Below are positions 27,542 to 37,388 of a stretch of DNA of 64,000 bases, in pieces. This DNA comes from Nitrospirota bacterium (GTDB lineage Bacteria; Nitrospirota; UBA9217), in the NCBI GenBank assembly GCA_963663225.1, contig OY760142.1, forward strand, positions 3,136,001 to 3,200,000, in the 5' to 3' direction. The notes below the pieces were generated by a model. The model worked only from the letters and a program-made list of their open reading frames with translations, was not told the origin of the DNA and made no database searches. Positions within the stretch are counted from its first letter, which is position 1. The number at the start of each line of letters is the position of its first letter. The translations under genes were made by a program, and so were the position numbers.

Positions 27542-27772
27542 ATGGGGAAAAGCTATACAAGAGGTGATTGCGAAGTAATAGTAGTTCCAAAAAGCATAAT
27601 TCCTAACGGAGCAACTTTATGCGAATGCTACGAGACGAAAACGCAATTTATAATTGTTGGCGATCCTGAACCAGACGACGAAACGCATAACTGCGATGTT
27701 ATGGGATGTGGTTCATTAAGCCATGTTTTGTATAGATTTAATAAATCCCCCTCCCCTGAAAGGAGCAGGTGA
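27542..27772 (+). CDS. Hypothetical phage protein
   Basis: GGAGG RBS; HNCD.MGCG...HV motif. Confidence 0.6.
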   Translation: MGKSYTRGDCEVIVVPKSIIPNGATLCECYETKTQFIIVGDPEPDDETHNCDVMGCGSLSHVLYRFNKSPSPERSR

Positions 27773-27773
27773 T

Positions 27774-27962
27774 ATGGACGCTTTTCGAGAATTGATTTTT
27801 AAGTGTGAGCTTGAACAGTTGATAACTGAAAGAGTAGCCATGCAAGCTGAAAATACTTTCAGAGAATATTCTGGACGGGCAATAGCTTATAGTGAAGATA
27901 GCTTCTTGCGGATTAATGATAAGATTGCCCAACTTTCTGAGCGCGTTCGGAACGAAGGATAA
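27774..27962 (+). CDS. Hypothetical phage protein
   Basis: MQAENTFRE..G.AIAYSEDSF motif; RBS. Confidence 0.6.
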   Translation: MDAFRELIFKCELEQLITERVAMQAENTFREYSGRAIAYSEDSFLRINDKIAQLSERVRNEG

Positions 27963-27974
27963 GTGAGGTCTCCC

Positions 27975-28178
27975 ATGAGAATTGACATTGAATACATTAA
28001 GGCGATTATCGCCGCACGAAGGCTGTTTAATTCCATTCCATTGGAAGATATTGAATTTTACGAAAACGGGGAAAAGCTGGAAATACCTAAGGGAGTAATT
28101 CACGAATTTCAGTTCACCGGACTGTATAATTCTGATTTCGTTGATAATGAGTTTTGGAAAGAGGTCTCCCATGAGTGA
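27975..28178 (+). CDS. Hypothetical phage protein
   Basis: GAGG RBS; flanked by a 15-bp direct repeat. Confidence 0.55.
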   Translation: MRIDIEYIKAIIAARRLFNSIPLEDIEFYENGEKLEIPKGVIHEFQFTGLYNSDFVDNEFWKEVSHE

Positions 28179-28327
28179 GCTATGAGATTGTGTCCAGTAT
28201 GTAAAAAATCAGAGTTGGAAATGGTGCTATTTTGGGATGATAAACTAATATGCCCGAAGTGCGGATATTTTTGTGATAGGGATAAAGCATTGAGCACCCG
28301 CCCGCAGCGGGAGGAGGAGAGAAAATA

Positions 28328-28558
28328 ATGGCATTACCTACATTAGAGTTAAGTTACAAAATGTCAAAGATGATAGTGTTCTTGGTAAACAATATTCAAT
28401 TGGATATGCAGAAATATCCTGATCAATGCAATAGTCTCATTAATTTATGTTACGAAATAGGTCAGTTAGATGCCGATCCGTGTGATTGTTGCGTTGTACC
28501 AATTGAGAATTGCCCCGGATTAGACACATGCCGTGGCAAATTAAAAATGTACGATTAA
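28328..28558 (+). CDS. Hypothetical Cys-rich phage protein
   Basis: GGAGGAGG RBS. Confidence 0.55.
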   Translation: MALPTLELSYKMSKMIVFLVNNIQLDMQKYPDQCNSLINLCYEIGQLDADPCDCCVVPIENCPGLDTCRGKLKMYD

Positions 28559-28800
28559 CCATGCTCACCGGACGGGAGGAGGAGAGATAGCCATGGCCAT
28601 TGTATTGAAGTGGATTACTATAGCCGGTCTTGTTATATTCGGGCTGCTTCTGCTTTTAGTGCTGGCGGCTCATATTTCTTGGAAAAATCATTGCAGGAAT
28701 ATCAACAAAAAAGCAACGTGGAGAAATTACCATTATAAGTGAAAAGCATTGATTTTTAATATTATTATATGTATTGACATTTTTAAAAAGGTATTATAAA

Positions 28801-28995
28801 ATGGAATCAGTCGAGCGCGAATTGCAGGAAATAAAAGCGGCCATTTTATCAATTGGCAATACGGTTACGGAGATAGCCTCTAATCTTGAACGCCATGGAA
28901 TAGGAGCACACAAAAAGGCTAACATCGTAGAAATAAAAGATTGGGCAAAAAAACAGGCGGAGCGTCATGTCAATAAAACCAGTAGGAAAAGATAA
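28801..28995 (+). CDS. Small protein overlapping integrase start (possible excisionase/directionality factor)
   Basis: Position only; no recognisable motif. Confidence 0.35.
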   Translation: MESVERELQEIKAAILSIGNTVTEIASNLERHGIGAHKKANIVEIKDWAKKQAERHVNKTSRKR

Positions 28996-30019
28996 GTGGG
29001 AGCTTGACATAAGCCTGGGCTACGTCGATGGCGCTCAACATAGAGTAAGGCGAATATTTTCAGGAACGCAAGAGAACGCCGTAATTGCTGAGATTGAACT
29101 TACCAAACAACTCGGAAAGCCTTCAGTAGAAAGAAAAAAAATTGAGGACTTTACAGAAGAATATCTTGAATGGGTTGGCAAATACCAGAGCGAAAAAACA
29201 TACCACGATAAAAAGAAAATGCTATTCGGCTATCTATTGCCCTTCTTTGGCAATATGCGGCCAGATTTCATAACAAAGAGCTTACTTGAAGCATACCAAA
29301 CCAGCAGACTAAACGCTCCAATAAAATTTTCGAAGCACGGAAAGCCATTAAAACAATACAAAAGGTCCCGCGCCGTTAATCTTGAAATACTCTGCCTGTC
29401 CTCAATGATTGAATGGGGAAGAGAACACGGATATTGCGTCGATCCTCTCGTAAAAATCAAACCACTACCGTATAAAAAACCGCTTCCAAGTGTATTGTCC
29501 GCTGAGGAAATAAAATCTTTTCTGTCTGAGTGTCCCCCTGTTTATAAAGCCTATCTTTTGGCCCTGTATCATTGCGGCATGAGAAAGAATGAGGCTAAAA
29601 ATTTAAAATGGACAGATGTAGATTTTGAACGCGGTATTATTCATATTATCGGAAAAGGCAACAAAGAGCGTATTGTGGGGTTGACGGATACGCTTAAAGA
29701 ATCTCTGCAGTCGTTACAGAGGGCCGATATTCGTGTTTTCGTTTCGCCGAGGACAAATATGCCGATTGGGGATATAAGAAAGACGATTGAATCGGCAAGA
29801 AAGCGCGCCGGGATCCAGCGGCACATAAATCCTCACCTACTACGGCATACTTTTGCAACTCATTTGCTTGAACTCGATGTTGATTTAAGGACCATTCAGG
29901 ACCTTCTTGGCCACGCCGATGTAAGCACAACCCAAATTTACACCCATGTTTCGATAAACAGGATATTGAGCGCAGCCAAAGCGCTTGATGAAGCGCTAAA
30001 GAAGAAAGGAATAGCATAG
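28967..30019 (+). CDS. int: Phage integrase (tyrosine recombinase)
   Basis: GMRKNE, GKGNKER, HLLRHTFATHLL, LGHADVSTTQIYTH; N-terminal arm-binding-type domain. Confidence 0.93.
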   Translation: MSIKPVGKDKWELDISLGYVDGAQHRVRRIFSGTQENAVIAEIELTKQLGKPSVERKKIEDFTEEYLEWVGKYQSEKTYHDKKKMLFGYLLPFFGNMRPDFITKSLLEAYQTSRLNAPIKFSKHGKPLKQYKRSRAVNLEILCLSSMIEWGREHGYCVDPLVKIKPLPYKKPLPSVLSAEEIKSFLSECPPVYKAYLLALYHCGMRKNEAKNLKWTDVDFERGIIHIIGKGNKERIVGLTDTLKESLQSLQRADIRVFVSPRTNMPIGDIRKTIESARKRAGIQRHINPHLLRHTFATHLLELDVDLRTIQDLLGHADVSTTQIYTHVSINRILSAAKALDEALKKKGIA

Positions 30020-30358
30020 TTGCCAAAGTACGATGAAATAAACGATCTGATTGCCGAAAAAATAATGGGAGGGAGAACAGGAAACTACTCAACAGAGATA
30101 TCCGAAGCCTGGGCGGTCATTAAGAAGCTCGAAAGATACAGGCCCCTGATTGGAAAGTCAGGGAAAAAGGGTTGGAGGGCAGTTTTTTACAAAACAAAGT
30201 CTCCCCTATCCTCTATTTTTTACGATGCGACGACGGCACCGCTGGCAATTTGCCAAGCAGCGCTTTTATTAAAGGGGCACACGGGAACAATTATGTCGAT
30301 TGACGACGTAATTGAAGAAGAAGGCAAAAAACTGGAAGAGTTTCTTACGACTGATTGA
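30020..30358 (+). CDS. Phage ABA-sandwich-like protein
   Basis: YSTEISEAWAVIKKL..TAPLAICQAAL. Confidence 0.6.
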   Translation: MPKYDEINDLIAEKIMGGRTGNYSTEISEAWAVIKKLERYRPLIGKSGKKGWRAVFYKTKSPLSSIFYDATTAPLAICQAALLLKGHTGTIMSIDDVIEEEGKKLEEFLTTD

Positions 30359-30566
30359 CCATTTTTTTATTTGCGACCGAAAGAATATGCAGGGCCTTTG
30401 CTTTGCTGATTTTATTGCATAGGCCCTGAAATTTTGATCGTTTATTTTTTAAATTTTCTATTTTGCCGTTTACCAGTACAAGAATGTCGGCAAATGCTTC
30501 TTTGTAAAAGCAGTTTTGAGGAGATGGACAAGTTTTACATTCGCAGGTTTTTGTATTGGTTATCAT
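30345..30566 (-). CDS. Hypothetical protein
   Basis: Short Cys-containing ORF; weak support. Confidence 0.3.
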   Translation of the reverse strand: MITNTKTCECKTCPSPQNCFYKEAFADILVLVNGKIENLKNKRSKFQGLCNKISKAKALHILSVANKKMVNQS

Positions 30567-30642
30567 ACTGTTATAATATCGGCAGGTAACTTAAAAAGTT
30601 TAATTTTTATAAGCAAATTTTTTTACCGTAAATGAATGGCCA

Positions 30643-30662
30643 TAAGACAGTCGTAAGACAGT
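30643..30662 (+). repeat. Tandem 9-bp direct repeat TAAGACAGT (candidate integrase arm-type sites)
   Basis: Copies at 30643-30651 and 30654-30662, about 50 bp from the tRNA 3' end. Confidence 0.55.
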
Positions 30663-30709
30663 TTGAGTGTTTTTGATGGTGTTAAAAAGTCTGGAAGTCT
30701 TTGAAAATG

Positions 30710-30784
30710 TGGAGCCGGCGGTCAGGATTGAACTGACGACCTGCTGATTACGAATCAGCTGCTCTACCACTGAGCTACGCCGGC
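30710..30784 (-). tRNA. tRNA-Thr (anticodon CGT), prophage attachment site
   Basis: GCCGGCGTAGCTCAGTGGTAGAGCAGCTGATT-CGT-AATCAGCAGGTCGTCAGTTCAATCCTGACCGCCGGCTCCA; full cloverleaf with CCA. Confidence 0.97.
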
Positions 30785-30891
30785 TTTTCGGATAGAGGCT
30801 ATTTATACCTTATACATGCTTTGGGTGTCAAGTGAATCTTTATCATTTCGTTTCCAGGAAAACTTTTAATCTCTGAAACCCCTCTCCCCTT

Positions 30892-31515
30892 CTAGTCTTT
30901 CAGCTTCGATTTGAAATAATATGGAGAGTAAACCGCCGCAAGCGGATTATGGCCGGTGACCCGGTCTTTAACTGCAAGAATAGTAACCGGCGCCTCAGAA
31001 TGTTTTATAAACAGCATATCATGCCCCACGCAAAGACCGAGCAGAATGTTCATTTCGGTTTGCGCCTTGTTTAAAAGCATTGCCTGGGCTATGGGATTGC
31101 AGAATGCCTCGAATTTTCCGGGATGCACCTTTTCCTGATCTTTGATCCCCAGTTCTTCTTTCGGCCTTCCCCCGGTTTTACACACCAGTGATGCCACAGT
31201 AAACCCGCTGTCCTCAAAAATTCTGGTTACGGTTTTCGCTTCTTCCCGCAGCCCCGTACAGAAAGCAAGTCCCAAATTGGTAAAGCCGGCCGATTTCGCA
31301 AATTCCATGATTTCGCGGACTCGGGGCCACTTCCCGTATCCGGCTGATTCTATCCTGGCAGACCGGCAGGCAAGCTGCTTAGGATCTTCACGGTATAGAG
31401 ATAATGCCTTGTCGTATACTGCGGCATTATCACGAATCGGGCACATGTTTGGCAGGTGCTCCAGGTCCCCTTGTTCACAAGGGTATTTTCCGCATTTCGC
31501 GCAATTCAACATCAT
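30892..31515 (-). CDS. DUF1847 family metal-binding protein
   Basis: GLAFCTGL, CNPIAQA, GLCVGHD, VKDRVTGHNPLAA. Confidence 0.88.
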   Translation of the reverse strand: MMLNCAKCGKYPCEQGDLEHLPNMCPIRDNAAVYDKALSLYREDPKQLACRSARIESAGYGKWPRVREIMEFAKSAGFTNLGLAFCTGLREEAKTVTRIFEDSGFTVASLVCKTGGRPKEELGIKDQEKVHPGKFEAFCNPIAQAMLLNKAQTEMNILLGLCVGHDMLFIKHSEAPVTILAVKDRVTGHNPLAAVYSPYYFKSKLKD

Positions 31516-31561
31516 TCCTCCCTGACTATCATTATAACTGATTTAAGAACTTCAATATCTG

Positions 31562-32104
31562 CTACGGCATGGGTATTTGCGCCACACGAACAAAAAGCTG
31601 GTTTCCCAGATAATGCAAAAACTGTTCGACATTATCCTGCGGTACCGGTTTGTTCGGGTCATGGCTGTCCAGCAGTCTCAGAACCCACTCGGAAGATTCA
31701 CCCAGTATCCTCCAGCCATGCTCGACATTTGCCCCGTTCAAACAACTGATGTCCACGGTATCCAATGAAGGAGGATCCGGCACCTGCATTTTGCGGCTCA
31801 TGAAACAGTATTCCGGAAGGCTGCGGATAAAAACATCCCGATCCACAGAAGCCGCAAGCGACATCCGCAAATGAAGATAGATTCCTTTATCGCTCTTCCT
31901 CGTCGGCACGCCGCTTTTTCTATCATGCACAAGAAACGAATACCAGGTAATGGACCCTGCCGCTGTCAGTGCGCGAATAAGCGGGGCCACTCGCGACCGA
32001 AGCAGGTCGATGTAATTCTGCCAGCTTGCGTCTGCTGAAGCTTTTTCAGAATAGTCGATCCGGATAAACGTCTCTATTATGGAATTTAAATCAGGTGTAT
32101 TCAT
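31562..32104 (-). CDS. Hypothetical protein
   Basis: 180-aa ORF in operon orientation. Confidence 0.6.
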   Translation of the reverse strand: MNTPDLNSIIETFIRIDYSEKASADASWQNYIDLLRSRVAPLIRALTAAGSITWYSFLVHDRKSGVPTRKSDKGIYLHLRMSLAASVDRDVFIRSLPEYCFMSRKMQVPDPPSLDTVDISCLNGANVEHGWRILGESSEWVLRLLDSHDPNKPVPQDNVEQFLHYLGNQLFVRVAQIPMP

Positions 32105-32137
32105 TATTATACTTTTGCTGCTTTCAATCAGGTCATC

Positions 32138-32794
32138 TCAGGCCGTTTTTACCTTTTGTGCAAATCGCGCGCCCATTTCAAAAGTCTTCTGACAATCCTG
32201 TGGAAATATTTCCTTGCGCCTCTTTGCCTTGTCTTCAGGATTGAAACGGTCTGCCACATACTTGGAATAATCGTCAAACTGATAGGTGTCGAAACAGAAA
32301 ATCGACTCGGAATGTCCGAAAATGCGCTGCAGGAACATTTCATTCCGGCTGAGATGTTTTGCATAGCCGAATTTTTCCATGAGGTCCTCCGGGACCCCCA
32401 TGGTGTAAATAAAACCGGTGCTGATCTTTCGCGGGAAAAGAGATTGAGGTGGATCGGTATAGGTATGATACGGAAACATAAGCCGCTCCAGAAATGATCT
32501 CATTTCACCGGTAACCGTCGCAAAATAAATGGGAGACCCCAGAATAAGAGCGCCGATTTCTTCGATTTTCTTTAAGATCGGCGTCAACCCATCCTGCACC
32601 GCGCATTTGCCGTAACTCTTGCCTCCCCTCACTTTGCAGGCAAAGCAGCTTATGCAACCTTTGAAATTGAGATCGTATAAATGTATCAGTTCTGTTTCCG
32701 CGCCTTGTGCGGCAGCGCCTTCCAGAGCCTTTTCCAGCAGCGTAGCGGTGTTCCACTTTTTTCTAGGGCTTCCGTTCACGGCAATAATTTTCAT
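32138..32794 (-). CDS. Flavodoxin family protein (iron-sulfur flavoprotein/FMN reductase-like)
   Basis: NGSPRKKWNTATL, GCISCFACK, LGSPIYF. Confidence 0.9.
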   Translation of the reverse strand: MKIIAVNGSPRKKWNTATLLEKALEGAAAQGAETELIHLYDLNFKGCISCFACKVRGGKSYGKCAVQDGLTPILKKIEEIGALILGSPIYFATVTGEMRSFLERLMFPYHTYTDPPQSLFPRKISTGFIYTMGVPEDLMEKFGYAKHLSRNEMFLQRIFGHSESIFCFDTYQFDDYSKYVADRFNPEDKAKRRKEIFPQDCQKTFEMGARFAQKVKTA

Positions 32795-32872
32795 AAGCGC
32801 TACCACCCTTGTTCAGGTTTGATCCGGTCAAAGTGCGGCATGCAGACAAATCACCTGCTGACAAAAAAGACG

Positions 32873-33319
32873 TTATTGCCCGGTTCGTTTTCCGGATAAA
32901 GGACTACACGAATCGTCCTGCGATTGGCTTTTTTGGATCGATCCGAATATCATGTCCAGTACCTCTTTCTGTTTCCCTTCAAATTTATTCAATACAGCCA
33001 GACAGCTTCCCATGGGAAACCGCTTATGCAGATAATCCGCATCGCGTCCGGAAAGAATAACGATTCTGTTTTTATTCACTCCTTTTGCGATCGCGTACGA
33101 AAGCACCTTTGCCCCATCAAGACCCGGCATTTCGAGATCAACCAGCAGCAGGTCAAGGCCGGTCGAAATAAGAGCGAGGCATTTTATCGGATCATTGCAG
33201 GTAAGGACCTGAAGGCCGGGGTAGCGCTCCTCTACATATTTCTCGAGGAGATTCAAAAAAGCGGCATCATCATCAATCAGCAGGATTGTTTTCATTGTCT
33301 CCGGTCGAGGTATAGCCAT
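32873..33319 (-). CDS. Single-domain response regulator
   Basis: ILLIDDD, LLVDLEMPGLDG, ILSG, K. Confidence 0.85.
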   Translation of the reverse strand: MAIPRPETMKTILLIDDDAAFLNLLEKYVEERYPGLQVLTCNDPIKCLALISTGLDLLLVDLEMPGLDGAKVLSYAIAKGVNKNRIVILSGRDADYLHKRFPMGSCLAVLNKFEGKQKEVLDMIFGSIQKSQSQDDSCSPLSGKRTGQ

Positions 33320-33488
33320 CTTGCATCATCACGGCGACTATAGGCAACAGTTTTGCCCTTATCTGTGCCGTCCTTCCGTATGACATAGTTTATCAGACTT
33401 GGGAACCACATGCAAACAGCAAAGAGCGCTATCAAGCACCATTTCTGACATTGTTTTTTTGAAAAAGTTACGCTATACTCACCTACCT

Positions 33489-36167
33489 ATGACAACCCGG
33501 CAGTCCAGAAACACTTTCTACATTATAGACGGCAATTCCTATATCTACCGTGCGTTTTACGCCGTGCGGGGACTCAGCAACTCCTCCGGCCTGCCCACCA
33601 ATGCCGTATTCGGTTTTGCCAACATGCTTCTGAAAGTCATCAAAGAAAAATCTCCGGACATGCTTGCCATAGTCTTTGATCCCAAAGGCCCCACCCGCAG
33701 GCACGGCGAGTACAAAGAATACAAAGCCCATCGCCCTCCCATGCCGAAGGACCTGGTTCCGCAGATACCGTATATCCATAAGCTTGTGGAGGCGTTTCAC
33801 ATTCCGATCTTTGTCCAGGAAGGACAGGAGGCGGATGATGTAATCGCCACACTCAGCCGCAGGGCTGAAGCGGACGGCCACAAGATCGTTATTGTCACCG
33901 GAGACAAGGACATCCTGCAACTCGTCGGCCCAAACATCACCGTGTATGATACGCTGAAGGATAAGATATTCGAATCCAAAGATGTTGAAGAGCGCTGGGG
34001 GGTGCCGCCGGAGCAGATGGTTGAAATCATGGGACTCATGGGTGATGCGTCGGACAACATACCGGGCGTACCCGGCATCGGTGAGAAAACGGCGCAGTCG
34101 CTGATCAAAGAATATGGAACCATTGAAAATCTGCTTTCCCACACGCACAAAATAACCAAGCCGAAGCTGAAGCAATCCCTTATCGAATCGGCCCACCTCG
34201 CGCGCCTGAGCCGGGATCTCGCGGTCCTGCATACGGATGTTCCCCTCGACGTATCGTACGAAGCATTGAAGCCTAAAGAGCCTGATAACCACGCTCTGCT
34301 TCAGATTCTGCGGGAGCTCGAATTCACTTCACTGCTGAAGTATGTTTCCCGTGAGCCGCAACAGCAAGGCTCCTATGAGACCATCCTCGAAGAGCACCGG
34401 TTGCAGGAACTCATCCAGGTGCTTTCTTCCGCGCAGGAATTCTGCTTTGACACCGAGACGACGTCTCTTGATCCCATGCAGGCGGAACTGGTGGGAATTT
34501 CCTTTGCCGTCGAGCCGGGGCGCGGATTCTATCTTCCGCTCGGACACAGGTATGCCGGTGTTCCGAAGCAAATCGACCGAAACCATGCGCTGTCCCTGCT
34601 GAAGCCGCTCATGGAAAATGCCGCAATCAAGAAAATCGGCCAGAATATCAAATATGACCTGCTCGTGCTCAGCCACTACGGCATCACGGTGCGGGGCGTT
34701 TTCTTCGACACCATGATCGCATCCTACCTGCTGAACCCCGGCAAACCGTCACACGGCATGGACGCGCTCGCGCTTGAGTACCTTGATTACAAAACCATCA
34801 CGTATGCCGAGGTCGCTGGTACCGGCAAAAAACAGATCGGTTTTGACGCTGTCGAAATACCGACCGCAACGAGGTATTCCGGGGAAGACGCAGACATCAC
34901 ACTCCGGTTGAAACAGGTGCTCGCACCCCTTCTGCACGATCAAAATCTGGAGGAGTTGTTCCGGGACATGGAGATGCCGCTCATGGAAGTCCTTGCCGAC
35001 ATGGAGCGGACCGGCGTAAAAATAGATGCGGCCTTTCTGAATACCATGTCGAAAACACTGGGACGGCAAATAGCAGGAATCGAAAAAAGCATCTATGAAC
35101 TTGCAGGCATGGAATTCAATATCAATTCGCCGAAACAGCTTTCCGAACTTCTCTTTACGAAACTCAATCTTACACCGATCAAAAAAACAAAGACCGGGTT
35201 TTCGACCGACGTTGACGTGCTTGAGGAACTGGCCCACGCGCATCCCCTGCCGGCGGAAATACTCAAATACCGGACTCTCGCGAAACTCAAATCCACGTAT
35301 ATCGACGCTCTGCCCGCCATGATCAATCCGATGACCGGACGGCTGCATACCTCCCTCAACCAGACCGTGACCGCCACAGGCAGGCTGTCGAGCAGCGAGC
35401 CCAACCTGCAGAATATCCCCATACGCACCGAGGTGGGAAGGGAAATTCGACGGGCCTTTATCGCGGAACAAGGCGCGAGCCTGCTTTCCGCCGACTATTC
35501 GCAGATCGAGCTGCGCATTCTTGCGCACATGAGCAATGATCCCGCCCTGATCCAGACTTTTCAGCGGGATGAAGACGTGCATACACGCACCGCTTCGGAA
35601 ATATTCGGACTTCCTTCCGATGAAGTCACCCCCGAAATGCGACGAAAGGCAAAAGCCGTCAATTTCGGCATCATCTACGGCATCTCGGCCTTCGGCCTTG
35701 CCCAGGATATCGGCGTTTCCAATTCCGAGGCAAAGCGGTATATCGACAGCTACTTCGCCCGATATCCGCAGGTGCGCGCGTTTATTGACAACACAATTCA
35801 GGACGCAAAAAAGAACGGATTTGTCATCACCCTCTTTAACCGGAGGCGTTTTATCCCGGAACTCGCATCATCCACCGCCGCGGTGCGCAGCTTCGGCGAG
35901 CGCACGGCGGTGAACACGCCCATACAGGGTACCGCGGCAGACCTTATCAAACTGGCCATGATCCGAATCCAGGCATGCATCTCTCACCAGAAGCTGTCCT
36001 CTAAAATGATCCTGCAGGTGCATGATGAACTGGTGTTTGAAATACCCGACCAGGAAATCGATGCTATGAAGAAGCTTGTCAGAAAAGAAATGGAAGGCGT
36101 GCTCGACCTGTCGGTCCCGATCAAAGTGGATCTAGGCATTGGAAAAAACTGGGATGAAGCGCATTGA
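33489..36167 (+). CDS. polA: DNA polymerase I
   Basis: IDGNSYIYRAF 5'-exo, FDTETT 3'-exo, ADYSQIELR, AKAVNFGIIYG, LQVHDEL. Confidence 0.98.
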   Translation: MTTRQSRNTFYIIDGNSYIYRAFYAVRGLSNSSGLPTNAVFGFANMLLKVIKEKSPDMLAIVFDPKGPTRRHGEYKEYKAHRPPMPKDLVPQIPYIHKLVEAFHIPIFVQEGQEADDVIATLSRRAEADGHKIVIVTGDKDILQLVGPNITVYDTLKDKIFESKDVEERWGVPPEQMVEIMGLMGDASDNIPGVPGIGEKTAQSLIKEYGTIENLLSHTHKITKPKLKQSLIESAHLARLSRDLAVLHTDVPLDVSYEALKPKEPDNHALLQILRELEFTSLLKYVSREPQQQGSYETILEEHRLQELIQVLSSAQEFCFDTETTSLDPMQAELVGISFAVEPGRGFYLPLGHRYAGVPKQIDRNHALSLLKPLMENAAIKKIGQNIKYDLLVLSHYGITVRGVFFDTMIASYLLNPGKPSHGMDALALEYLDYKTITYAEVAGTGKKQIGFDAVEIPTATRYSGEDADITLRLKQVLAPLLHDQNLEELFRDMEMPLMEVLADMERTGVKIDAAFLNTMSKTLGRQIAGIEKSIYELAGMEFNINSPKQLSELLFTKLNLTPIKKTKTGFSTDVDVLEELAHAHPLPAEILKYRTLAKLKSTYIDALPAMINPMTGRLHTSLNQTVTATGRLSSSEPNLQNIPIRTEVGREIRRAFIAEQGASLLSADYSQIELRILAHMSNDPALIQTFQRDEDVHTRTASEIFGLPSDEVTPEMRRKAKAVNFGIIYGISAFGLAQDIGVSNSEAKRYIDSYFARYPQVRAFIDNTIQDAKKNGFVITLFNRRRFIPELASSTAAVRSFGERTAVNTPIQGTAADLIKLAMIRIQACISHQKLSSKMILQVHDELVFEIPDQEIDAMKKLVRKEMEGVLDLSVPIKVDLGIGKNWDEAH

Positions 36168-36278
36168 TCGTTCTGCAAAGAGAAATCATAATCACGACTC
36201 AGGCGCGCTGAGAACCGGCAATTTCATTCCTAATTCAATATTACAGAAAAAGTTTTATTCAGTTTTAGAAAGGATTTC

Positions 36279-37388
36279 ATGACGCAAAAAATCAAACACA
36301 TACCCTTTGACGTCTCCGAACAATTTATAGCAGACGTATTCATCGCCCTCGGGGTACAGGAGTCCGACGCCAGGACCTGTGCCGAAATTCTCACGGAGGC
36401 CGACAAACGGGGCATCGATTCTCACGGCATCGCACGTTTGAAAACCATTTACTACGACCGGATCAGAGAAGGCATTCAGTTTCCCAATGCACCGTTCGAG
36501 ATAGTCCGTGAAGGACCAACCACTGCGGTTGTGGACGGGAACAACGGCATGGGCCACGTGATAGCAAAAAAATCCATGGCCATCGCCATAGAAAAAGCTA
36601 AAAAATTCGGTATGGGTATGGTGGCTGTGCGGAATTCCACGCATTACGGCATTGCCGGTTATTACGTCATGATGGCGGCGGAGGCCGGCATGATCGGCAT
36701 GACGGGTACCAATGCGCGGCCCTCCGTGGCCCCCACGTTCGGGATCGAGAACATGCTCGGAACAAACCCGATCACCTTCGGCCTGCCCACGGATGAGGAA
36801 TTTCCCTTTGTGCTCGACTGCGCGACTTCTCTCACCCAGCGGGGGCAGATAGAAGTGTACGCGCGGGAGGGTCGAGATATACCGGAAGGCTGGGTGATCG
36901 GAGAAAACGGAAAAGCCAGAACCGACTCCAAACAGATACTCGGAGACCTGGTGAAGGGCAAAGCCGCACTTACTCCGCTCGGCGGCATTGGGGATGAAAC
37001 CGCCGGATACAAAGGGTACGGCTACAGCACGGTCGTGGAAATACTGTCGGCAGCGCTGCAAGGCGGCAACTTTCTCAAGATGCTTGTCGGCATGGAAAAC
37101 GGCAAAAAAGTCCCCTATCGGCTCGGCCATTTTTTCATCGTCATGGACATATCGGCGTTCACCGACCTGCAGGAATTCAAAAAAACCGCCGGATCAATTC
37201 TGCGCCAACTGCGCGCATCAAAAAAAATGCCGGGAAGGGACAAAATCTACACCGCGGGAGAGAAAGAATATCTGACGTGGCTTGAGCGAAAAAGCACGGG
37301 CGTGCCCCTGGTGGAAGAGACGCAGAACGAAATCCGTCACATGATTCAAGAGCTGGGCCTGAAGAAGTATGAAAACCTGCTGCTATGA
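36279..37388 (+). CDS. Ldh_2 family (malate/L-lactate/sulfolactate-type) oxidoreductase
   Basis: GIDSHG, RNSTHYG, GTNPI, GYKGYG. Confidence 0.9.
   Translation: MTQKIKHIPFDVSEQFIADVFIALGVQESDARTCAEILTEADKRGIDSHGIARLKTIYYDRIREGIQFPNAPFEIVREGPTTAVVDGNNGMGHVIAKKSMAIAIEKAKKFGMGMVAVRNSTHYGIAGYYVMMAAEAGMIGMTGTNARPSVAPTFGIENMLGTNPITFGLPTDEEFPFVLDCATSLTQRGQIEVYAREGRDIPEGWVIGENGKARTDSKQILGDLVKGKAALTPLGGIGDETAGYKGYGYSTVVEILSAALQGGNFLKMLVGMENGKKVPYRLGHFFIVMDISAFTDLQEFKKTAGSILRQLRASKKMPGRDKIYTAGEKEYLTWLERKSTGVPLVEETQNEIRHMIQELGLKKYENLLL

Larger units (their letters stand above)
1..30709. mobile_element. Prophage (right portion; left end outside the window) integrated at tRNA-Thr(CGT)
   Basis: Contiguous phage-type modules (tail/ejection, lysis, Bet recombination, small accessory ORFs) ending in a tyrosine integrase about 700 bp from a tRNA 3' end; housekeeping genes resume beyond the tRNA. 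Confidence 0.93.

Noticed and set aside
28967-30019. Host XerC/XerD
   Set aside because: The catalytic domain is Xer-like, but the extra N-terminal arm-binding-type domain and tRNA-adjacent phage context indicate a phage integrase
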